From IMG/VR virus record IMGVR_UViG_3300022752_000027, positions 59,736-123,735 of that record: DNA of 64,000 bases; one strand, given 5' to 3'. The notes below the pieces were generated by a model that had not been told where the DNA came from, did not search any database, and saw only the letters and a program-made list of their open reading frames with translations. Both the position numbers and the translations under genes were made by a program. Below are positions 45,686-53,427 of the stretch, piece after piece (the first letter of the stretch is position 1; every line of letters begins with the position of its first letter). This stretch comes from a virus.

Positions 45686-47781
45686 AACTAAATGCCGTAA
45701 AATTTAAAGATCGTAAAGCCTTTGATAAGAATAAATCAAAGGCAAATGTTGCTGCTTTCTACGATCAGCACAATGTAATTGTCTTTAAAGATAAAGCATA
45801 TGTAAAACCAGATAAGGTAAAAGTTTCTCACGTTGAACAAATTTTAGATGTTAAATATGGTGTACCGACCAGTATTGCCATACTTAAACCATCAAATTAT
45901 CACATAGGTTTAGGCATTTGCGAAAAAATGAATTTAAAAATTATAAATTCATATCCGCAAACAAGGACAATCATAGTTGAAATTCCTGAGCATATGTCAT
46001 ATACAAAATTTTATGAAACAGTTTTTAGTGCTGGATCATTTGATTTTATTGAACAGGATATAATTACTCAATTTGGAACTCATGCAAATTTTGCCTATAA
46101 CGACCATTGGCAATTAATTGCTATGAATGCTCAGGAAGGATGGAATATTATTGCACAAAATCCTCCAGTACAAAATAATATTGTAACAGTAATAGATATT
46201 GGATGTGAAACAACGCACCCAGATTTAACTGGTCAAGTAATTAATACACTTAATACTGTAACAAATACAACAGATGTTTTACCTTCATCACAGTATGATA
46301 ATCACGGAACTTGTTGTACAGGATTAATTGTTGCAAATCCAACTAATGGAATTAATACAATAGGTGTGGCAGGTCCATATACTAAAGCAAGTTTTGTAAA
46401 TCTTGCCGTTATGGATAATCCCCATACATTTTCAACAAGCACAACACAAAAAGTGCAGGCTATTAATCATGCCATTAGTATGCCTAACTGTGTTGCAATT
46501 TCTATGTCTTTTGGTGGAGGCAACATTGAACAAGCATTTGAAGATGCTCTTGTTGAGGCACAACAGATCGGAAGAGGAGGTAAAGGAATAGTTTGTTGCG
46601 CATCATCTGGTAATCAAGGATTATTTAATGATGTTCAATATCCTGCTTATTATCAAGGTGTTTGTAGTATAGGTGCACTTGATTTTAATGACTTTGATTA
46701 TAAAAAAGCAAGTTATTCTAACTACGGTGTAGAATTATTTGCTGCAGCTCCTGGATCATATACACCAACTACAGATAGAAGTGGTTCAGCAGGATATTCA
46801 CTAGACAATACTACTTATTTTAGCGGTACATCAGCCGCATGTCCTGTATTTGCTGGTGCTGTTGCTGCAATAGCAGCAGCATCTCCTAATCTAACAGCGG
46901 AACAAATAAAAAATATAATTAGAGAAAGTTGTGTCCAAATAGGTGGATATAATTATAACGGCAATCCTGTTTATCCAAACAGATCGTATGAAACAGGTTA
47001 TGGAATGATTAGTATTGAAAATGCTGTTGCTCTTGCTGTTGGCGGAACTGTTTCACCAGATCCAACAATTCCTATAAATGTTCGTGTTACTGTAAGTACT
47101 GTATCATTATCATTTCCAAATAGCACAGTGCCACTTACATATACAATTATATGTAATAAGGTTTTACAAACAGACACTAATATTTCAGTTACTATTTTTA
47201 AATCTGCTAATAATTCACCTGTTTTAGAACCGGCAGATACAGTACTTACCACATTAACTATTACTATTCCTGCTGGTCAATATCGTTATCAGGGATCTTA
47301 TGATTTTGTAGTAGATAATTCCTGGATAGGTTTAACTTATATAGGTGTTTATGCGGCATCATTGCCAGGAGAAACATTTACTGTTGATAATTATGGATTT
47401 AGAGCAATTCAAGTAATAGGTGAAAGTGCTCCACCAAACTTAAATTTAAAGGCCAGAATTCAAAAAATTACTCTAAATTCTGATTTTACAAAAGCTATTG
47501 TTTATTTTGATATTCAAAATACAGGTTTAACACCAGTAACAAGATTTACAATTAAAAAAGGATTTGTTGGGTATGAGGAGTATGTTTATGAAGTAATTTA
47601 TGATCTTCAAACTGATAAATATTATGTTGAAGAAACAGCATGGGAATTACTTCCTCCTCCAAATTTCTTGTATAGCACACCCTTTAAAATTGAAATTACT
47701 TCTGTAAATGGAATTTTCCCTGATGATGTAACAACAGATAATAGTGCATCTTATAACATAATTCCATCAGTTAATCCTTAA
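45682..47781 (+). CDS. S8 subtilisin-like serine protease with CARDB-like domains (copy 6)
   Basis: VTVIDIG, HGTCCTG, ASSGN, SGTSAACP. Confidence 0.95.
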   Translation: MKLNAVKFKDRKAFDKNKSKANVAAFYDQHNVIVFKDKAYVKPDKVKVSHVEQILDVKYGVPTSIAILKPSNYHIGLGICEKMNLKIINSYPQTRTIIVEIPEHMSYTKFYETVFSAGSFDFIEQDIITQFGTHANFAYNDHWQLIAMNAQEGWNIIAQNPPVQNNIVTVIDIGCETTHPDLTGQVINTLNTVTNTTDVLPSSQYDNHGTCCTGLIVANPTNGINTIGVAGPYTKASFVNLAVMDNPHTFSTSTTQKVQAINHAISMPNCVAISMSFGGGNIEQAFEDALVEAQQIGRGGKGIVCCASSGNQGLFNDVQYPAYYQGVCSIGALDFNDFDYKKASYSNYGVELFAAAPGSYTPTTDRSGSAGYSLDNTTYFSGTSAACPVFAGAVAAIAAASPNLTAEQIKNIIRESCVQIGGYNYNGNPVYPNRSYETGYGMISIENAVALAVGGTVSPDPTIPINVRVTVSTVSLSFPNSTVPLTYTIICNKVLQTDTNISVTIFKSANNSPVLEPADTVLTTLTITIPAGQYRYQGSYDFVVDNSWIGLTYIGVYAASLPGETFTVDNYGFRAIQVIGESAPPNLNLKARIQKITLNSDFTKAIVYFDIQNTGLTPVTRFTIKKGFVGYEEYVYEVIYDLQTDKYYVEETAWELLPPPNFLYSTPFKIEITSVNGIFPDDVTTDNSASYNIIPSVNP

Positions 47782-47786
47782 TTACT

Positions 47787-48155
47787 ATGAAAAAATTTCT
47801 ATACTACTTACAGAAATATGATGGTATATGGAGTATACCATTAGCATTCATGGGTTTTTTTCTAGCTGGCCAATACAGCTTTGAATACTTTGGGGATGCA
47901 ATTATCTCTACAGAATACCTACAATTTGCAGTACTCACATCATTAATTATGGTATTTGCTAATTTTGTAGTATTCTTAGGTATTAACTTTAACTTTAGAA
48001 GTCTTCAGAGATACTTCTACTCAAAAGAAATCAAATATGACATACAAGCTAATCTAACAACATGGCAAAGAATAAAGTTATACTTATTAGTCTACTTTGG
48101 ATTTTTATTCATCTTCCTCTTTATTCTATATTTGCTAATGACGGTTACTGCGTAA
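47787..48155 (+). CDS. putative holin
   Basis: Three hydrophobic segments, directly upstream of and overlapping the endolysin. Confidence 0.6.
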   Translation: MKKFLYYLQKYDGIWSIPLAFMGFFLAGQYSFEYFGDAIISTEYLQFAVLTSLIMVFANFVVFLGINFNFRSLQRYFYSKEIKYDIQANLTTWQRIKLYLLVYFGFLFIFLFILYLLMTVTA

Positions 48156-48643
48156 GGGTAACAGCATCAAGTTATGTTGGAGTAAGAGAGAAGGGAGGTA
48201 ATAACCAGGGGTTTACTAAATGGGATTTTAGGCAACTTATGGTAGAAAATGGATGGAAACCAGGTAATGCGTGGTGCGCATATTTTGTAAAAGCAATGCT
48301 TAATGAATGTGGAGTACCTAATAATATTACTGGTTGGTCTCCAACAGCTTACAATAAGAATGACGTAATCTTTACTGACGGTAAATTTTATAAGTCTTTT
48401 AATGATGGTGATGTACTAGTTATGACTTTAAGTTATCCAGATAAGTATGGAACAACTAGATATAAAGCTATAGGGCATACAGGAATAGTAGATAAAATTG
48501 GTCAGTATTCTATAAGGACAATAGAGGGGAACACTAATGAACAGGGTATGAGAGATAGCAGAACTACTGACGGAGTATATTATAAAATCAGACCATTAAC
48601 TAAAAAATTACATATTACAAGATGGGCAAAACATCAAAACTAG
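48062..48643 (+). CDS. CHAP-domain endolysin with N-terminal signal/SAR segment
   Basis: GVREKGGNN, AWCAYFV, GHTGIV, TIEGNT; hydrophobic N-terminus. Confidence 0.85.
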   Translation: MAKNKVILISLLWIFIHLPLYSIFANDGYCVRVTASSYVGVREKGGNNQGFTKWDFRQLMVENGWKPGNAWCAYFVKAMLNECGVPNNITGWSPTAYNKNDVIFTDGKFYKSFNDGDVLVMTLSYPDKYGTTRYKAIGHTGIVDKIGQYSIRTIEGNTNEQGMRDSRTTDGVYYKIRPLTKKLHITRWAKHQN

Positions 48644-49044
48644 GAAAAATAGGGGTTATACTAGCAGTAGTTATTATACTACTATCTATATTCTTTAGTA
48701 TTAAAACTTGTACTAAAAAACCAGTAACTAATCCAGCTGTTGATAGACTGCATGAAATAAACGATAGTTTATATGAAGTCATTGAAGAAAATAACCGAAT
48801 AGCAAATGATCTTTACAATAAATTGGATTCTATAACAATTATATCGGATACAATTATTCAACGTCAAGAGATTACCAATAAATACTATAAAAATGAAGTT
48901 TATAACATTCTTAGCAGTAATGATGCTGATGCCAATACTCAGTTTAGGGCAACCCTCAAAAAGTCAGACTCCCTCCTTAAAAGTGGATTCTACTCCAAAA
49001 CTTACGACTTACGATCTTCAGCTAATGAATCTAAACTTCACTAG
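48622..49044 (+). CDS. putative spanin component (N-terminal TM + coiled coil)
   Basis: TM helix ending KTC, coiled coil, follows the endolysin. Confidence 0.55.
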   Translation: MGKTSKLGKIGVILAVVIILLSIFFSIKTCTKKPVTNPAVDRLHEINDSLYEVIEENNRIANDLYNKLDSITIISDTIIQRQEITNKYYKNEVYNILSSNDADANTQFRATLKKSDSLLKSGFYSKTYDLRSSANESKLH

Positions 49045-49336
49045 TATGTACTATTGGTACAACACGGCAATGGAAATTGATTCAGTGTACCAGCTAGAGA
49101 AGTTAAAGACACACTACTATTCTAAGATTACTGGCATTCAAGCTGATAGCTATCAGACCTTGCAGGAAATCTATGATAATAAGCAAGCTATTGAAAAAGC
49201 AATAGCGCAAGAAAAGGAGATGCAGATAAAAGACCTAAAGAAAAAAAACAGACGGCTTATATTCCAAAATGTTGGATTATCTGTTGGTGTTGCATGTCTT
49301 TCACTTACAACAATTTATTTTGCAATTGTTCCATAA
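48893..49336 (+). CDS. putative second spanin component (signal peptide + C-terminal TM)
   Basis: Overlaps 48622..49044 by 152 nt; signal peptide ending SLG-Q; C-terminal hydrophobic helix. Confidence 0.5.
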   Translation: MKFITFLAVMMLMPILSLGQPSKSQTPSLKVDSTPKLTTYDLQLMNLNFTSMYYWYNTAMEIDSVYQLEKLKTHYYSKITGIQADSYQTLQEIYDNKQAIEKAIAQEKEMQIKDLKKKNRRLIFQNVGLSVGVACLSLTTIYFAIVP

Positions 49337-49377
49337 TAAGATATATTTTTGTATATTGTTAATATAAAATTTTACTC

Positions 49378-50490
49378 ATGGATATAGTAAACTGGGATTT
49401 TTTAAGAAAGGGACTTCTGATTAAAGAAACCCTTCAAAACCCCGATGACCTTGTACTTGTTGCTGCTAATACAACGTACAAAAAAAGAGGTGACTTATTT
49501 CAGACATATGCTGTACCTGCAAGTGCACTTGGAGGAGGTGGCGGTGGCGGTGTAGGCATCACTGAATTAACAGGAGATGTTCTTGCTGGACCAATTACTG
49601 TATCGGGACCTGCTGCGGCTACTATTGCAAATAATGCTGTAACTGCACCTAAAATAGCAAATAATGCAGTAACAAATTTAAAAATTGCTAATAATGCCGT
49701 TACTACAACCAAGATACTTGATGCTAATGTAACATTTGAGAAAATTAAAAATGTTGCAGCAAATACATTTCTAGCAAATGTAACTAGCGCAGCAGCCACA
49801 GTACAAGAAGTTGCAACTAATAGAATACCATTATTTTCATCAGCAATTACTGGTAGTGCTAACAGTACTACATTTCTAAGGGGAGATGGTACTTGGCAAT
49901 CTGTACCTCCAGGTGGTATTACAACACTTAATACATCTGGATTAATTTCTGGTGGCCCTATTTCTGCACCCTCTGGTACAATTAGTACAAGTGTAACTGC
50001 AGGAAAATTAGTAGGTAGATATACTGCTAGTACAGGTGAAATGCAAGAAATTTCACTTGGTTCAGGCCTTACTCTTAATTCAACAACTGGTGTATTAACA
50101 GCATCAGGTAGTGCAGGTATTGTACAAACAATAGGTGTAACTGTTGATGGTTCAGGCGGTACAATCACACAAGGTAACAAAGGATATCTTAAAATGCCGT
50201 ATGGCGCAACCATAACTGGTTGGACTGTAATTGCAAGTACTGCCACAGCAGGACAAAGCATAACATTTGATATTTGGAAAAGTAGTACAGGTCTTCCAAC
50301 GAGTTCTGGACAATCACTTGTTGGTGCAGGCACTAAACCTAATTTGGCATCTGGTCAACAACTTGGTAATTCAGTTAACGTAAATAACTGGTCAACATCA
50401 TTATCTGCTGGTGATTACTTAATATTCAGAGTAGATGCTGCTGTAATTGTTTCATATGCAGTTCTAGAAATATACGTAACTAGAACATAA
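49378..50490 (+). CDS. fibre-like virion protein with shared N-terminal adaptor
   Basis: MDIVNW...TYAVP + poly-Gly; IANNAVT..K repeats; TFLRGDGTW. Confidence 0.7.
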   Translation: MDIVNWDFLRKGLLIKETLQNPDDLVLVAANTTYKKRGDLFQTYAVPASALGGGGGGGVGITELTGDVLAGPITVSGPAAATIANNAVTAPKIANNAVTNLKIANNAVTTTKILDANVTFEKIKNVAANTFLANVTSAAATVQEVATNRIPLFSSAITGSANSTTFLRGDGTWQSVPPGGITTLNTSGLISGGPISAPSGTISTSVTAGKLVGRYTASTGEMQEISLGSGLTLNSTTGVLTASGSAGIVQTIGVTVDGSGGTITQGNKGYLKMPYGATITGWTVIASTATAGQSITFDIWKSSTGLPTSSGQSLVGAGTKPNLASGQQLGNSVNVNNWSTSLSAGDYLIFRVDAAVIVSYAVLEIYVTRT

Positions 50491-50512
50491 TAAACTTTAA
50501 AAGTGTCATAAT

Positions 50513-52363
50513 ATGGCAACCTGGTTAGGTACGACAAGTAATAGTTGGAATACTGCATCAAATTGGAGCACTAATGCTGTTCCTACAGACACAGAACCTG
50601 TAGTATTTACAAGTATAACCAATAATCCTTGTATTGTTGATACTGCAACTGCTGTTTGCAAAAGTTTAGATTTTACTGGTGGAACTGGATATACTGCCAC
50701 AATAAACATGGCCAACTCAATTACGGTTGGTGCCGTTGCCACTGCAAATCCAGATCATTTTGTTACTCTATCTGCTGGCATGAATGTTAGTGGAACTGGT
50801 AAAATAATAACAAGAGCAAATGGCATAACTACATTAACTAGTAATGGTTATCTTTGGCCAAATGACTTTGATCTAAATTATTTACAACAATCTACTACTT
50901 CTACAGTTACTTTAGTAGATAACTGGTCTGTTAAATCTTTAGCTTTAGGTCCAGCCGCAAATCATACGGTTACAGTACAGGGTGCATTTAACTTTAGGGT
51001 TAATGGTAATTTTACTGTACGTCCTGTAGGAGGTGTGAGTGCATATGTTGCTACAGTTGCAGGCCAAATACCTACATTTATTTTAGCTGATACCGGTACA
51101 TGGTCAACAACTGCAACTTTTACAGGCCTAACTACAGTAGCACGTGGATTTGGACCAAATATTACAATTAATGCTCCAGGAAAAACTATAACCATTAATA
51201 ATGGTTGTTACTATGGTGGTCAGGGTGTTGCATTATCTGGATTATCTGAATTTAAATATGTTGCTGGAACAGTTGTAGCAGCTGCAAATTCAACTTTTTA
51301 TTTTTTGGGATTAGGTGGAATAGTTGGTTATACCGTTAATCTTTTTGGAAGCACATCTCCATCAGCAACACTAACAAATACCTCTGGTGTTAATTTTAAT
51401 AATCTTGCTTTTGTACAATTTGCTCCTTCTCAGCCTCAAGTCGTAACAATATCAGGAAATGTATGTGTTGTTGGTGATATAATAATTAGTCAGTTTGATC
51501 CAACTGCTACGGCAAAAGGTTCTCCAACAAATACAACAGGAGGAACTATTTATGTTAAAAAAGGTATAAATAATATAAATAGTGGAATGAGAAATGCTAG
51601 TAATACAGTTGTTGTATTACATGGTACTGGAACATGGTCCGATGGTCCGGTTTCTTTGAGTAGTTTTAATACTTATTATGGTCTAACTTGGCAAATTCAA
51701 GTTAATACGACTGGAACAATTACTCTTACCTCTGATGTAGGAGTATCCGATGGTGGAAAACTAAAATATATTTCAGGAACGTTTGTATCTACTAATAGAA
51801 ACATATGTGCTGGTAAGTCAGCAACAATTGAAGGATTTGGATCAGGTGGAGTTACAATATGGGGTATTAAGCATGTAACATCAGGTGGTGCTGATCTACT
51901 TAGTTTTGTAGATACCGTTCCAATAAGAATTACAAATCTTACATTTACAGGATTTACAGGTACTGCTGGATTTACACATGGAGGAACAATAGGTTGGATA
52001 TGTGATAATTTTACATATATTCCAGGAGCAGCAGCAACTAACTTTTTTTATAAGCTATTAGACGGACCATCTGTTGAATATAAAGTATTATCAAGTTTTA
52101 TTATGCGGCATTTTAAAGCCCCCACTACAGTTACATCTGGCTCCGTTACATGCAATCTAAGAAATACTTCAAATTCAACATTAACAAAAGCCATTTTAAC
52201 TATAGATAATGGTGCTAGTCAAGATGTTTATGCTGTTGATGCAGCATATATAGATAGTAGTAGAGGACAAACTGTATGGAACAGAAAAGGTGTAATTCCA
52301 AATACTATTAACTGGGATCTTTGGGATTATCCAAGAACAAAATATGCAACATTTACTTTATAA
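50513..52363 (+). CDS. beta-helix-like adhesin / tail spike
   Basis: W.G...W.TASNWS N-terminal motif; Thr/Gly/Asn-rich. Confidence 0.6.
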   Translation: MATWLGTTSNSWNTASNWSTNAVPTDTEPVVFTSITNNPCIVDTATAVCKSLDFTGGTGYTATINMANSITVGAVATANPDHFVTLSAGMNVSGTGKIITRANGITTLTSNGYLWPNDFDLNYLQQSTTSTVTLVDNWSVKSLALGPAANHTVTVQGAFNFRVNGNFTVRPVGGVSAYVATVAGQIPTFILADTGTWSTTATFTGLTTVARGFGPNITINAPGKTITINNGCYYGGQGVALSGLSEFKYVAGTVVAAANSTFYFLGLGGIVGYTVNLFGSTSPSATLTNTSGVNFNNLAFVQFAPSQPQVVTISGNVCVVGDIIISQFDPTATAKGSPTNTTGGTIYVKKGINNINSGMRNASNTVVVLHGTGTWSDGPVSLSSFNTYYGLTWQIQVNTTGTITLTSDVGVSDGGKLKYISGTFVSTNRNICAGKSATIEGFGSGGVTIWGIKHVTSGGADLLSFVDTVPIRITNLTFTGFTGTAGFTHGGTIGWICDNFTYIPGAAATNFFYKLLDGPSVEYKVLSSFIMRHFKAPTTVTSGSVTCNLRNTSNSTLTKAILTIDNGASQDVYAVDAAYIDSSRGQTVWNRKGVIPNTINWDLWDYPRTKYATFTL

Positions 52364-52366
52364 GCA

Positions 52367-53044
52367 ATGGCAACACTAACATGGACAGGTGCTGGTGCAG
52401 ATAGTTTCTGGGGTACAGCAGGTAACTGGTCCCCAGCTCAAGCACCAGCTGCAGGTGATATAATTGTATTTAATTTTACTGCTAATAATCCCTGCATTGT
52501 AAATGCAAATACTGCCACAGTTGCTAGTATTAATTTTAATGCTTATCAAGGTACAGTTACCATTAACAATGGTATTAATTTAGTTGTTGGGGGTAATGTT
52601 ACACTTTCAACATCTAATCTTTTTGATATTACTACACTTGCAACAGGTACTTTAACAATTTCTGCTAATTCGTCACTGATGACTAATGGTCGTACTATTA
52701 ATTGCATTTTAAGATTAATAAATACTAATGTAAATCCAGCAACACCAACTATTGTAACTGTTTCATTAATGGATAATGTTACAATGAGTAAAGGATTTGT
52801 TGCTGGAGGTAGTCCTGTTGGAACAGTTGTTTTGCAATCATCAGTACTTAATACACAAAGACAGTTTACACTTCAGAATATTGAAGGTGTTACTCAAGAT
52901 ATTGACTTTTTAAATGTTATTGATATAGATGGTAATCAAGGAGTTACGATGTGGTCATATCAAGGAGCAACTCCTGTTAATAGTAAAAATTGGTATGTAA
53001 TGTCAACGCAACCACCACCAACAAGTGGATTTGCAATTGGATAA
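52367..53044 (+). CDS. short paralogue of 50513..52363
   Basis: Shares the N-terminal WxTAxNWS...NNPCIV and C-terminal QD...ID...G.T.W...NW segments. Confidence 0.6.
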   Translation: MATLTWTGAGADSFWGTAGNWSPAQAPAAGDIIVFNFTANNPCIVNANTATVASINFNAYQGTVTINNGINLVVGGNVTLSTSNLFDITTLATGTLTISANSSLMTNGRTINCILRLINTNVNPATPTIVTVSLMDNVTMSKGFVAGGSPVGTVVLQSSVLNTQRQFTLQNIEGVTQDIDFLNVIDIDGNQGVTMWSYQGATPVNSKNWYVMSTQPPPTSGFAIG

Positions 53045-53056
53045 AATATTAATAAG

Positions 53057-53161
53057 ATGGCACTAGGTAATAATAAATATTCAGAAGGAAGTAAGAGATC
53101 TAACTTTTACTTTCAATTGAAAGTACTTCAACTTTTACAAAGAATTTTAAACGCTATATAA
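53057..53161 (+). CDS. 34 aa peptide, paralogue of the next gene's N-terminus; below ORF-track cutoff
   Basis: MALGNNKYSEGSKRSNFYFQLKVLQLLQRILNAI compared with MGLGNGNPKEGDKGSNFNFELKMLQGLEAI. Confidence 0.7.
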   Translation: MALGNNKYSEGSKRSNFYFQLKVLQLLQRILNAI

Positions 53162-53162
53162 C

Positions 53163-53426
53163 ATGGGATTAGGTAACGGAAACCCCAAAGAAGGGGACAA
53201 AGGTTCAAATTTTAATTTTGAACTAAAAATGTTACAGGGACTTGAAGCAATTGCTGTTGCTCTTGAAGGTGGCACAGGTTTAAGTACAAACCAGTTTGAT
53301 TTAAATGCACCTAATTTAGGTGTTCTTCCTACATCATCTACTGGATTAAATACTGGTGACCTTTATACCCAAACTGCTGAACAACTTGGTGGAATAGGCA
53401 CACAAAAAATAATCTGCGTATTATAA
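53163..53426 (+). CDS. small virion-associated protein
   Basis: 87 aa; LPTSSTGLNTGDLY motif typical of fibre tips. Confidence 0.55.
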   Translation: MGLGNGNPKEGDKGSNFNFELKMLQGLEAIAVALEGGTGLSTNQFDLNAPNLGVLPTSSTGLNTGDLYTQTAEQLGGIGTQKIICVL

Positions 53427-53427
53427 A

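Noticed and set aside
34458-47781. Assembly artefact (collapsed or duplicated repeat) explaining the six proteases
   Set aside because: The copies are highly divergent in DNA and protein, differ in length and have distinct insertions
34458-47781. Prohead maturation protease
   Set aside because: Six copies with Ig-like tails, far from the portal/scaffold genes, do not fit a single head-maturation enzyme; a role for one copy cannot be excluded
49500-50333. 277 aa minus-strand ORF and similar antisense ORFs (e.g. 37228, 44014, 62345, 63566)
   Set aside because: Shadow frames opposite well-supported plus-strand genes, with no recognisable motifs
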